The translations under genes and the position numbers were made by a program. From a virus (taxonomy: Duplodnaviria > Caudoviricetes), in IMG/VR virus record IMGVR_UViG_3300031857_000191, positions 1 through 60,179 of that record: 60,179 nt of DNA, one strand, 5' to 3'. This document shows, one piece after another, positions 26,268 through 35,759 of this stretch. Within the stretch, counting starts at the first letter, position 1, and each line of letters opens with the position of its first letter. Below the pieces are notes generated by a model that saw nothing but the letters and a program-made list of their open reading frames with translations, ran no database searches and was not told where the DNA came from.

Positions 26268-27104
26268 TTATACGTTTAATGTTTTATTCCAAGCTGCAAT
26301 ATGCAATCTAGTTAAACCTCTAAATCTATATTTCTTAGCCATTTCTAGACAGAATTGAGTACGCTCTTCAAAATCTTTAACATCATCTAATCCTGGCATA
26401 CAAACCACGTTGGCAAGAGGTATGCTAAATGGTATAACAAAGTCACGAAATAATTCTTTAACGTCTTCTTCATTAGATATAACAAATTTAAATTGATAAT
26501 TCTTATGTTCCATTATACGTTTAATAGCGTCAGGTACAATACGCTGTTTCTCAGTCATACCTGAATTAGCTAATTTAGGTGAACAATTGATTTGATCAAG
26601 CATAGTAAATAGCTTGTCTTCAATTTTAATAGTACCATTAGTTTCTATTTCATAGAATGGACTAACAGCATTATCAAGATGTCTAGATAACCAATAATTA
26701 GTAAAATTAACAATTGCTTCTTGATGTCCTTTAATTGTTGGTTCTCCACCTGTCCAAATAACATGAACTGTACCATTTAAAATATCATCATATACACCTT
26801 CATCTTTCCAACGATTAATTAGATAATCAAATTCTTTATCTTCACCTCTCCATAACCACTGAGATGTAGAATCACAAGTCCAAGTTGCTTTACCTTCAGC
26901 ATGTAAATCACCAACAAATATTTCTCCATCTTCTAGATTTTGATCTTTCATTAGTTGGTTAGTGAACGCTCTGCTCATACCGCAAGTTAGGTTACAAATA
27001 CCTAAACGAACAAAATATGATGGAATACCAGATGAAATCCCTTCACCTTGTATGCTATAAAAATCACTACTAATAAGTAGTTTATTTGGATCTATTTTGC
27101 TCAT
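26268..27104 (-). CDS. queE: 7-carboxy-7-deazaguanine synthase (radical SAM)
   Basis: FYSIQGEG, FVRLGICNLTC...CDS (expanded Cys motif), TGGEP, IETNGT, SPKL, RLH. Confidence 0.92.
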   Translation of the reverse strand: MSKIDPNKLLISSDFYSIQGEGISSGIPSYFVRLGICNLTCGMSRAFTNQLMKDQNLEDGEIFVGDLHAEGKATWTCDSTSQWLWRGEDKEFDYLINRWKDEGVYDDILNGTVHVIWTGGEPTIKGHQEAIVNFTNYWLSRHLDNAVSPFYEIETNGTIKIEDKLFTMLDQINCSPKLANSGMTEKQRIVPDAIKRIMEHKNYQFKFVISNEEDVKELFRDFVIPFSIPLANVVCMPGLDDVKDFEERTQFCLEMAKKYRFRGLTRLHIAAWNKTLNV

Positions 27105-27255
27105 TATTTTCTGTTTTAGGTGTTTCTACTTTTTTGAATTGGGCTTTATACTCAGATTTAGATGCATACTGAAATCTGTTACCTGCTTTTTGAAAAGCTT
27201 CTAGGTCACTAACTCTTGTAATAGTGCCTGTTTTTGTGTCTTTTAAACATTTCAT
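27082..27255 (-). CDS. Small hypothetical protein
   Basis: Likely start MKCLKDTK at 27255, coupled by an ATGA overlap to the upstream small ORF. Confidence 0.55.
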   Translation of the reverse strand: MKCLKDTKTGTITRVSDLEAFQKAGNRFQYASKSEYKAQFKKVETPKTENNEQNRSK

Positions 27256-27386
27256 AGTTTCCTCCATGTTTTTATATAATTAAAAATAATATCAAAATTT
27301 AGGGGTTCCAAAAGGAACCCCATTAAATTTAAATGTGTTTTTGAGTCAGCACATAATCCTAAGGCATGTTCAATGACATGAATCAT
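27252..27386 (-). CDS. 44-aa hypothetical protein (below ORF-track cutoff)
   Basis: MIHVIEHALGLCADSKTHLNLMGFLLEPLNFDIIFNYIKTWRKL; ATGA overlaps at both ends. Confidence 0.6.
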   Translation of the reverse strand: MIHVIEHALGLCADSKTHLNLMGFLLEPLNFDIIFNYIKTWRKL

Positions 27387-28213
27387 ATATTAGCTTTTTT
27401 ATGATCATTAAGTACTTTTTCTACTTCTGATTTTACTTCTTCCCACTTAACTATACGAATACCGTTTTCAAGTGTTTCACCATACATTACAGGATCAGGA
27501 CGGCCTAGTTTAATAAACGCTTCTACACGTTCTACTGATGCTGCTGATTTGTAATCTGATAACCATACAGTGTCTGATAGTTTAATTGGTTTATATGATG
27601 TATTTGTACGTTTATATACTTCATCAAATTCTAAGCCTAATGTGTTACATGCTGCTAATCCATCTTTTAATATACCAAACTTATCATCATTCAAATAAGG
27701 TGTATAATGGTATACTAATTCACTATCCCAGTTACCTACTTTAAATGCTTCAAAATCTACATCTCTAAATTCTTGTCTACAATCAGGATAAATAGCGTGG
27801 TCACCAGCGTGAATACCCATCGCAATAGCACATTGTTGTTTTTCACCTTTAGTTGCCTCAGATAAAGCAACAGCTTGAATTAGTGAAGAAAAAATCTTAT
27901 TACGATTAGGAACAACAGTTTCTTTCATATTGTCCTGCTCATAATGTCCCTCAGGAACATCTTTACCACCTTCAACTAAAGCTGAGTTAAGTAATTGTTG
28001 CAATCCATCTAATTTAATAATTTGATGTTTTACACTTTGTCCTTTAGAGTTTAAATATTCAACTAATGATTGTGCTCGTTCAAGTTCAATTCTATGTTTT
28101 TGACCATAATCAAAAGATAAAGCTGTTACTTGATAATCATTAGATAATAAGTGGATTAGTAATGTACTAGAATCCATTCCACCAGATAGACTTAATACTG
28201 CTTGTTTTTTCAT
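27383..28213 (-). CDS. queC: 7-cyano-7-deazaguanine (preQ0) synthase
   Basis: SGGMDS PP-loop, FDYGQKH, VVPNRN, YPDCR. Confidence 0.93.
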   Translation of the reverse strand: MKKQAVLSLSGGMDSSTLLIHLLSNDYQVTALSFDYGQKHRIELERAQSLVEYLNSKGQSVKHQIIKLDGLQQLLNSALVEGGKDVPEGHYEQDNMKETVVPNRNKIFSSLIQAVALSEATKGEKQQCAIAMGIHAGDHAIYPDCRQEFRDVDFEAFKVGNWDSELVYHYTPYLNDDKFGILKDGLAACNTLGLEFDEVYKRTNTSYKPIKLSDTVWLSDYKSAASVERVEAFIKLGRPDPVMYGETLENGIRIVKWEEVKSEVEKVLNDHKKANI

Positions 28214-28223
28214 TTGTTTTAAA

Positions 28224-28523
28224 TTAAAATGGAAGAGTATTATCTTGTGTTTCGCTTACCTTCCGTTCAAGCGATTTTTTCTTTTTACTTTCATACCATT
28301 CACTATCTTCTTTAATAACAGTTCTATAGTCAGGATTGTTAAAAAATGATAATAAAAAGTTTTCAGTATATAAATTTACAGGTCCTGAATATACAGGATT
28401 TGATACTTGTCTAGTCTCGATTTTAGTTTTTTGGTTATGAGCATATGCTGCTACATGTTTACCAAGTTCTTTACCTGCTGCTCTTCCTAAGTAATCATAA
28501 AGTGAAAGCATATTATTTGACAT
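28224..28523 (-). CDS. Hypothetical phage protein
   Basis: SLYDYLGRAAG..LG..V; co-oriented in the operon. Confidence 0.6.
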   Translation of the reverse strand: MSNNMLSLYDYLGRAAGKELGKHVAAYAHNQKTKIETRQVSNPVYSGPVNLYTENFLLSFFNNPDYRTVIKEDSEWYESKKKKSLERKVSETQDNTLPF

Positions 28524-29307
28524 AACTTTTAAATTTATTTACATTGAAGATAATGTCATCTAAGCGGTCAGATAAATCCATTTCAAAATAATGCTCTAGT
28601 TTATGTTCAGGTTTCCAACTAATGCCATTATCATTATATCTTTCACCTTCAGCTCCTACTAAAATTGGATTTGATGTATCTACTGATTTAATAAATTTCC
28701 AATCATTATAAGCCATAAATTCTTGTGGTAATGAACAACCTAATAAATGATGATAATAAGTAGGTCTAATAATATTACGTTCAACTAATTTTCTAATAAA
28801 CTCCATTCTGCCATACATTGATGCTTTTAATGGTTCTGTACCTGCGAATGTTGAATACATCTCTTGATAAGCACAACTTGAATGATTAAATGCTATATGA
28901 GTATATCCTAAATCAACTAATATTTGATATGTAGTGATCAACTCACCTATGTCTTGTCCTTGACAAACAGCCATTAAATTTACTTCTTCTGGGAGATGCT
29001 GTTTGTAATTAATCATCCAGCTTTTAGCATTACGAAGTGTTATTTTTGAATCATTCCAAGCATCAGGAACAATAAAAATATTAGGACGAATTAAATTAAT
29101 TTTTTCTAATAGATCTTCTGTTGTATGAGTTACTCCCTCAAACAACCCATTATCCATTATAATAAAACGTTTATCTAAACGTGATTTTTGAAAGAATAAT
29201 CTATATTGATCATACTGATCAATTAAATGAGGAAGACAATAATCATAATCATTCCATTCATACGCGTGATGCATTAAACCAAGAGGCAACTCATGACTTA
29301 CTTTCAT
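28513..29307 (-). CDS. TGT-fold guanine transglycosylase-like protein (DpdA-like)
   Basis: Likely start MKVSHE (29307); IMDNGLF, VPD, AVCQG, HLLG, SVDTS motifs in TGT order; lies between queD and queC; no CxCxxC zinc motif. Confidence 0.65.
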   Translation of the reverse strand: MKVSHELPLGLMHHAYEWNDYDYCLPHLIDQYDQYRLFFQKSRLDKRFIIMDNGLFEGVTHTTEDLLEKINLIRPNIFIVPDAWNDSKITLRNAKSWMINYKQHLPEEVNLMAVCQGQDIGELITTYQILVDLGYTHIAFNHSSCAYQEMYSTFAGTEPLKASMYGRMEFIRKLVERNIIRPTYYHHLLGCSLPQEFMAYNDWKFIKSVDTSNPILVGAEGERYNDNGISWKPEHKLEHYFEMDLSDRLDDIIFNVNKFKSYVK

Positions 29308-29308
29308 A

Positions 29309-29521
29309 TTATTTATATTTATGTAACTTTTTTTTCCATTTATCAATCTGAAGTTGGCAATACCATTTACCCATGTTACTAGAGGCATTAGCATATCTTT
29401 TTTCCCATTCTGCTATTTTGTCAAATATAGGCCTATTAGCTTTATTAATAATATCTATATCATAATAGCTATTATTTTCAAGCATACCTTCTTCCCATTC
29501 TTCTTTTTTACTCTTACTCAT
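29309..29521 (-). CDS. Hypothetical protein
   Basis: 70-aa ORF tightly packed in the operon. Confidence 0.5.
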   Translation of the reverse strand: MSKSKKEEWEEGMLENNSYYDIDIINKANRPIFDKIAEWEKRYANASSNMGKWYCQLQIDKWKKKLHKYK

Positions 29522-29975
29522 ATATAGCTGTGTTTTTACTATTTTCCATAAATTCTACTCTCACAACTTTAACTCTACCACTAGTTTCTTCTTGAACAAA
29601 TGTGTTTAATTTCTCAAAAATATATTTTGCAAACTGTTCTGCTCCAACAGCTGGTAATACTCTAACTTGAGCTATTCCTAGTTTGTCCATTGTTTTAAAT
29701 CCACTAATACCTGGATCATCTTCAGCTACTATTAATGTATGATCAAACATATACTCCATCCATTCTTTAGGGCTCATATTATCAATAGTACCTTTAGCTC
29801 TTTTCATACCACCAAAGTCCCATACCCAATTTCTTTCATCTAATTCTCCTTCAAACCATACTCTGAATGATACACCATAACCATGAAGGAATCTACAGTG
29901 AGTACCTTCTGCTTTCCATTGACGGAATACACAACTGAATCCATCAAATAATTTTGTTGATTGAAATTTATTCAT
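29514..29975 (-). CDS. queD: 6-carboxytetrahydropterin synthase
   Basis: HCRFLHGY, WVWDFG, FDHT, GAE, VEFME motifs. Confidence 0.9.
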   Translation of the reverse strand: MNKFQSTKLFDGFSCVFRQWKAEGTHCRFLHGYGVSFRVWFEGELDERNWVWDFGGMKRAKGTIDNMSPKEWMEYMFDHTLIVAEDDPGISGFKTMDKLGIAQVRVLPAVGAEQFAKYIFEKLNTFVQEETSGRVKVVRVEFMENSKNTAIYE

Positions 29976-29978
29976 ATA

Positions 29979-30464
29979 TTATTGTTTTTTAGGTCTACCC
30001 CTACGTTTTTGTATTGTTCTAAAGTCATAATTTGTCTTTATTAATGTATAAAGCTCTTTTAAGGTTCCATCAAAAGTTTCCATTTTCTTTTCCAAATCCT
30101 CTTTTTCTATTTCAAAAAGACTAGTCACAGCTTTAATGTAATCATCTAAACGTTGTGGCTCATCCTTTTCAAAATCCTTCATTAAACGTCTATAACGTTC
30201 TCTATATATAGTTTGAGATTCATGGCGTTTAGATGGATCACTAATATGGCCTGTTTTTTCTTCCATCTCAAGTAAGGCGTATTGTGCTTGCCAATAATAA
30301 GACGAAAAATCGAAATCCCCATTATCAATTCGGGCGTGTACAGCGTCCTTACTTGACAACGGAGATTTCTCTTTAAATTTTCGCCACCAGAAAAACTGGT
30401 TATATTTGAGTGGTTGTAGTTTGTTTAACTCTCTATTGATTGTTTCCTTTGAGTGTATTATCAT
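29979..30464 (-). CDS. Hypothetical phage protein
   Basis: 161-aa ORF with YNQFFWWR, RIDNGDFD and an RRGRP tail. Confidence 0.6.
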   Translation of the reverse strand: MIIHSKETINRELNKLQPLKYNQFFWWRKFKEKSPLSSKDAVHARIDNGDFDFSSYYWQAQYALLEMEEKTGHISDPSKRHESQTIYRERYRRLMKDFEKDEPQRLDDYIKAVTSLFEIEKEDLEKKMETFDGTLKELYTLIKTNYDFRTIQKRRGRPKKQ

Positions 30465-30696
30465 AACCTGATTTAGACTTAAATATATCTATCTCTTCCT
30501 TGGTCGCCAAATATTTGTCTTGTACAATTTGGTTTCCTCGTTTATGTGTAGGTTCATATGGACAATGTCTACAACCATTGCCGCAGCATTGACCACGTTC
30601 TATATGGAAGAGAGCTGTAAATATTACTCGCTCACCTTCCGTATAGTAGTGAATATGTTCTATTAGTTTAGACAATCTCACAAGCACCTCCTGCAC
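30433..30696 (-). CDS. Cys-rich small protein (DUF5522-like)
   Basis: RGQCCGNGCRHCPY motif; start uncertain (perhaps TTG at 30675). Confidence 0.7.
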   Translation of the reverse strand: MQEVLVRLSKLIEHIHYYTEGERVIFTALFHIERGQCCGNGCRHCPYEPTHKRGNQIVQDKYLATKEEIDIFKSKSGYDNTLKGNNQ

Positions 30697-32518
30697 AAGC
30701 TGCTTGGTCCATTAATGCTGTATTATCACTAAATTCAACAATTTTACTTAAATCAATATTATGTAAATGTTGAGCCATTTCATTGAATTGTTCTTCAGTG
30801 ATATCTTCAAATGGTGCTTGAGTATAAGTACCTCCAAAATAAGGTAATACTGATAGACCATTAAATGTGTCTTTATTATCCCACATCCATTGTCCTACTT
30901 GTTCCCATTCACCTTCTTGAATTGATACAGTTGCAGATACGTTGTTTGTGTTAGCACCTCTACGATGTCCTTTCTTAACCCATTGCATGTTAAATTTCTT
31001 AACACGCTCTAACATATCCATCACGTTTTCAGTTCTTAAAATTGATCCTTGTGGAGCACGTTGTGGTACTGAAATTACAGCTTGAATTGTTGGTTTGAAG
31101 AAATCATCTTCTACTAATTCTGGGTGGTTAGCTGCTAAGTAAGAGTAAATAGCTTCATTCTTACCTACACGAATACGTCTGATATAATAGTCATTATGCC
31201 AAGCGTGAATACCTGATGCTGTACCTAATACTAATGAACTAGTACCTGATGGTTTAACTGTAGTTACACGAGCTGCTTTATTAACACCAATTAATTCTGC
31301 TACTCTTGCATTTTCTTCTTTAGCTAAATCAGCCGCTTTCTTTAAATCGTAATTTAAAATTACACCTGATCCAATACCAGTCATACCAACACCTAATAAA
31401 GCGTCTTTTTCAGTTGTTTTTCTCCAAATATCTCTTAAATAATGGAAATCAGTGTATGCTGCTTGTAGTGTTCCTATAAATGCTCCTACTCTTACTCTTT
31501 CGTTTAAATCTTCTTGTGATTCAATATTTGAAACATTCACCTCACATAAGTTACAGAACTGATAAGAACGTAAAGCAATTTCACAGCATGGATTAGTTCC
31601 CCAATCTTTATCATTTGAAAAATAAATTCCTGGTTCACCTGAATTACTTAATTCAATTTTCTTCCATAATTTAAAAAATTCTTCTTCATCAATTTTATGA
31701 CGCATCACAACTGCTGAGTTATTTGCTCTTCCACGTTGTGGATTTTCTTCCCACCAATTTCCAAATTTGCATGTTAGCATATCTTCATCATCCAAGTTGA
31801 ATAATGAGATTAACGCTGCTCTTCTAATACCACCACTCAATACCGCATCTGCTATATGGCAAGCCATATCATGAGCTTCTACTGATGATATTCTATCACC
31901 ATTTTTCTTACGTTCAAATACTTTTTGTAAGTTAAATAAACATTCTTTTAATGGTTCAGGACCAGGTGCTTTACCACCTACAGTAATTAATTGAGCGCCT
32001 TTTGCTCTAATATCTCTAAAGTCAAATAATGGTAATGGAGCGCCTGTAAAATATGCTTTACATAACATACGAACAGCATCAGCCCATCCTTCAATACTGT
32101 CACCAATTAAGTAACGTTTTGATTTGATTGGTACTTTAATTTCTGGTAATTGTTCAATATGATGAGTTTGTACTGAGTAACCTACTCCACATCCGCTTAA
32201 CAGCAAAAACATTATTTCGCTGAAAGAACGCCAATCATCAATAGGCAGAAAACTGCAATTAAATATACGAGCATTATTAAGTTCAATGGGCTTACCCGCA
32301 AACTGTAAGCTACGCATTGACGGTAAAACCTTTTTATCATATACAAGTTTATAAGCTTCTTCAATTTCATTTTTTAACTGTGGAAATTTATTTTGGTGCA
32401 TTTCCTTGTTTCTAGTTACTAATTCTTCCCATGTTTCTCTTCTGTTTAATTCTGGTCTAAATTTGGCATACTTCATGTATGTGGTAATTTCAGATAGAAT
32501 TCCCTGTGTTACGTCCAT
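30668..32518 (-). CDS. nrdJ: Class II (B12-dependent) ribonucleotide reductase
   Basis: RRETWEE, LPSMR, FNCSF, GCGVG, RRAA, TNPCCE, TTVKPSGT, C-terminal ACAGGACE. Confidence 0.92.
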   Translation of the reverse strand: MDVTQGILSEITTYMKYAKFRPELNRRETWEELVTRNKEMHQNKFPQLKNEIEEAYKLVYDKKVLPSMRSLQFAGKPIELNNARIFNCSFLPIDDWRSFSEIMFLLLSGCGVGYSVQTHHIEQLPEIKVPIKSKRYLIGDSIEGWADAVRMLCKAYFTGAPLPLFDFRDIRAKGAQLITVGGKAPGPEPLKECLFNLQKVFERKKNGDRISSVEAHDMACHIADAVLSGGIRRAALISLFNLDDEDMLTCKFGNWWEENPQRGRANNSAVVMRHKIDEEEFFKLWKKIELSNSGEPGIYFSNDKDWGTNPCCEIALRSYQFCNLCEVNVSNIESQEDLNERVRVGAFIGTLQAAYTDFHYLRDIWRKTTEKDALLGVGMTGIGSGVILNYDLKKAADLAKEENARVAELIGVNKAARVTTVKPSGTSSLVLGTASGIHAWHNDYYIRRIRVGKNEAIYSYLAANHPELVEDDFFKPTIQAVISVPQRAPQGSILRTENVMDMLERVKKFNMQWVKKGHRRGANTNNVSATVSIQEGEWEQVGQWMWDNKDTFNGLSVLPYFGGTYTQAPFEDITEEQFNEMAQHLHNIDLSKIVEFSDNTALMDQAACAGGACEIV

Positions 32519-32593
32519 TTTGATTTATATATTTAAAAGTTAAGTGTACGATGTCATGCCACTTTTCAGTAGCTTTATTTTTATTTCCTTAAT

Positions 32594-32857
32594 TTAAAGT
32601 AATCGACTGTCTAATTCAGTCATCTGAATGTACAAAACAAAATCTTCAAAAATATCTTTAGGCACACCTTTAAGTGATAAAGCATGTTCTTGAAGAAGTG
32701 ATTCTGAAATCCTTTCACTAGTACCCTCTAATAATAATGGTTTAAAACCAGTAAAAACTTCATTAATTAACTTTGATTCATTCTCATCACCAAAGTCATC
32801 ATTATCTTGAAGATATTGATTCATCAATTCTTCAATTTTGGTTTTAGAGTATTCCAT
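32594..32857 (-). CDS. Acidic hypothetical protein
   Basis: 87-aa ORF overlapping the stop of the upstream gene. Confidence 0.5.
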   Translation of the reverse strand: MEYSKTKIEELMNQYLQDNDDFGDENESKLINEVFTGFKPLLLEGTSERISESLLQEHALSLKGVPKDIFEDFVLYIQMTELDSRLL

Positions 32858-33332
32858 TTTTATAGAGTTTTTTTACTTCCTTAATTATTTTTGTTGTTAA
32901 CTTAATGATAGCTTCTTTAAGTTTTTGTAACAACGCTTTCTTTTGTTGTCCTATACGAAGACCTTCAAAAGGTACCTCAACATTTTTCATGTGGGGTTCT
33001 AAATATTGACGATAAGCATTTCCTGCTAAAATAACAAAAGTATCTTTGTCAAGATTATAACCTTTTTGTTGTAATTGTTTTAAAACAACTTCTGACCATT
33101 TTTCACGTTCACTAGCTGGCATTTCCTTTAACGTTAAGTTATAAGGAGGTATTGTTTTATTTAATGGTACTAAATGATATTTAGCAGATATGATATATAT
33201 ATTATTTGGACTAGCTAATTTTTTAGCATACTCCATTTGTTTCTTAAACAAATCAGAATTATATAACTTTTCAGCGGGCATTGGTTTTGCCTCTTTACCT
33301 GAAGAACACGATACTAGTACAACTTTACTCAT
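32844..33332 (-). CDS. DUF6884/YaaA-like protein
   Basis: Likely start MSKVVLVSC (33332); LVSC..K, PAEKLY.SDLF, IISAKYHL, YNLTL, LAG..Y, GLRIGQQ. Confidence 0.7.
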   Translation of the reverse strand: MSKVVLVSCSSGKEAKPMPAEKLYNSDLFKKQMEYAKKLASPNNIYIISAKYHLVPLNKTIPPYNLTLKEMPASEREKWSEVVLKQLQQKGYNLDKDTFVILAGNAYRQYLEPHMKNVEVPFEGLRIGQQKKALLQKLKEAIIKLTTKIIKEVKKLYKNGIL

Positions 33333-33348
33333 ATAACGATAAATATGT

Positions 33349-34725
33349 TTAAGGTTTACTATTATTATTAAGTTCAAAAAACTTTCTCTTCAAAGTGTCC
33401 CGATCAAAGGTATCAAAATTTTCATTTAATTTCTTTGGTTTTTCACTTTCAAGTGTTTCTTCATCCAATTCATTACTATCAATCTGTATATGACCCGTAG
33501 ATGTGTCTATGACAGCTGCATAAGTTATACCATCCATACCATATCTATTTTTCATTATATGGAATCTACCTGTACCGCCTGCTTTATCTTGACGTCGACG
33601 TGATAATGACATTGCAAAGTCAGTAATCATCATTTTATTATAAGAACCCGCTGCTTTATCACCTTCAATAATATTATCATTAGCACCTGCTCTATTTACC
33701 TGGCTTACAGACCAAATTGGAACATTCATTTCACGTGCTAAACCTTTAGTAGCTACATAAACATCATCAATTTCTTCCTTACGTTCTTTACTTGTTCTGT
33801 TAGCACGTAATAAATCCACGTAATCAATAAGAACTAAATCTGGCGCTTGGTCTAAGTCTCTACATTTTTGTATATGCGACTCAATAGTGCTTATAGTCGC
33901 TTTACCCGTCGGATATTCTTTAATCACTAATCTACCAGGTAAAGTAGAAACCACTTTTTCAACGTCTGTTCTGTGTTCTTGTATTTGGGCTACTGATATA
34001 TTGGTAAAACAAGCATCATATCTTTTACCTACATATGCTTCACTTAATTCTAGTGTGTAGTGGTTAACATTAAATCCTGCTTTAACAGCTGCTGCTCCTA
34101 AAGCAATTAATGACCAACTCTTACCACCACCTGGGCCTCCGAATATTAATCCAAAATCACCACCCCCTAATCCACCTTGTAGTAATTCATTTACTACAGA
34201 CCAAGGTGTAGCAATTGGATTTCTATATTCAGCACGATATCTATCTTCAACATCTTTTTCATACTCATGACCTAAGTTTTTGTCCATACCTGCTTTTAAA
34301 GCTGAGTCGACAAGTGCTCTAATGTCATCATACATTCCTGATTGTAGTAAATCAACTGATGTTAATAGTGCTTTTTTTAGTTGTTGGTTTTTACAGAAAT
34401 TACTAAATTCTTGTTCTACATAATCTTGATCTTCATTTGAAGCTTTATATGCTTCTTTTAGCTGTTCAACTACAGATGTTTTTAAAACATCATTATCTAT
34501 TTTCTTTACTTCAATATGTAAAGTATCTAATGTAGGAGTTGAGTGCCATTTATCAAAATACTTGATAATAGTTTCTACTAACCATTGATGAGCTTGATTA
34601 TCAAAATAATCAGGTGTAGCTACATCTCTAATGTTAAGTAGAAATTTTTTATTTTTAAGAAGCGAGCTAATTACCTTGGTTTGAAAATTCAAACCATATT
34701 GATTCAATTTGCTAAATGCAACCAT
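33349..34725 (-). CDS. Replicative DnaB/gp41-like helicase
   Basis: Walker A GGPGGGKS, YTLEL, LIDYVDL, SQVNR, KNRYG. Confidence 0.92.
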   Translation of the reverse strand: MVAFSKLNQYGLNFQTKVISSLLKNKKFLLNIRDVATPDYFDNQAHQWLVETIIKYFDKWHSTPTLDTLHIEVKKIDNDVLKTSVVEQLKEAYKASNEDQDYVEQEFSNFCKNQQLKKALLTSVDLLQSGMYDDIRALVDSALKAGMDKNLGHEYEKDVEDRYRAEYRNPIATPWSVVNELLQGGLGGGDFGLIFGGPGGGKSWSLIALGAAAVKAGFNVNHYTLELSEAYVGKRYDACFTNISVAQIQEHRTDVEKVVSTLPGRLVIKEYPTGKATISTIESHIQKCRDLDQAPDLVLIDYVDLLRANRTSKERKEEIDDVYVATKGLAREMNVPIWSVSQVNRAGANDNIIEGDKAAGSYNKMMITDFAMSLSRRRQDKAGGTGRFHIMKNRYGMDGITYAAVIDTSTGHIQIDSNELDEETLESEKPKKLNENFDTFDRDTLKRKFFELNNNSKP

Positions 34726-34730
34726 AACTT

Positions 34731-35759
34731 TTATTTTATTTTATATGCTTGAAGATATGAAAATATTTCGGTTAGCCAAATCTCTGTGTTAGGGATTGAA
34801 TTACCTAACTTATCTTCGTTGTATAATTTTAAAAATGCTAATTTTTCTAGTTTTGAAGGTTTACTAGTTAAAACCTCTTCTATCTCCTCAATACCGTTTT
34901 CAGGTATATCTACATCTGTTAAATCCATTAATTGTTGATTCAGTAAGAGTTGTTTTGAGAAATTACAAATGTCTCCATATAAACCATGTTCATTAACTAA
35001 TTCTTTAGATTTCTCTAATATACTTTCAAATGTAACAGTAGCTGTAGATTCTAATTCTGGGAATAACTTGAATAGTTTTTTAGGACCTAATCCTTTTACT
35101 CCAGGTATATTATCTGAACTATCTCCCATTAATATCTTTTGATTGATATAGTTTTGAGGATATAAATTATAGTCTTCTTTAACTAATTTAGGTGTATAAA
35201 ATTTCTTTTTAACAGGAGAATATACTGTTACTTTATCATTTACTAATTGTAAAAAATCTTGGTCAGCTGACATGATATATACTTCATCCTTAGCCTTATT
35301 AGTTATATAAGCTATAACATCATCCGCTTCTACTTTATCAATAGAAAGTAAATCAACAGGTAATAATCTTAAATAATTAACTAAACGTAATATTTGATCT
35401 TCAATCGATGCTGCTTCTTCTTCTTTGTTGTCAAAGCCATCCCAATTAGTTATACGTTGTAGTTTTCTATTGCCTTTGTAATCAGCAAATAAATTCTTTT
35501 TGTTTGTTGTACTGCCTGTACCATCAAATACTAGAATTACTCTAGTAGGTTTAATATGTCTAATTGCAAAACCGATCGACTTTAAGAAACCAGTGAGCCC
35601 ACCAATGTGGGCTCCTCCTGGATTCATATGATTGATCATGGCAAAGCTTCTTAGAAATGTGTTCATTGAATCTACTAGTAGTATTCTACTATTTAAATGT
35701 AATGGATCCTCTTGTGAGTTTTGTATACCATCAAGTATTTGCTTAAGCGTCTTGTTCAT
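34731..35759 (-). CDS. 5'-3' exonuclease / T4 RNase H-like flap nuclease
   Basis: LVDSMN, VFDG, YKGNR, EADD, SADQD, GDSSDNIPGVKGLG; likely start MNKTLK. Confidence 0.93.
   Translation of the reverse strand: MNKTLKQILDGIQNSQEDPLHLNSRILLVDSMNTFLRSFAMINHMNPGGAHIGGLTGFLKSIGFAIRHIKPTRVILVFDGTGSTTNKKNLFADYKGNRKLQRITNWDGFDNKEEEAASIEDQILRLVNYLRLLPVDLLSIDKVEADDVIAYITNKAKDEVYIMSADQDFLQLVNDKVTVYSPVKKKFYTPKLVKEDYNLYPQNYINQKILMGDSSDNIPGVKGLGPKKLFKLFPELESTATVTFESILEKSKELVNEHGLYGDICNFSKQLLLNQQLMDLTDVDIPENGIEEIEEVLTSKPSKLEKLAFLKLYNEDKLGNSIPNTEIWLTEIFSYLQAYKIK

Noticed and set aside
27302-27321. GGGGTTCC/GGAACCCC hairpin as a terminator
   Set aside because: No adjacent U tract, and it lies inside a coupled 44-aa ORF; function unclear.
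12998-34725. Inteins or introns in polB, nrdJ or the helicase
   Set aside because: Lengths and motif spacing are normal; no splice-junction motifs seen.
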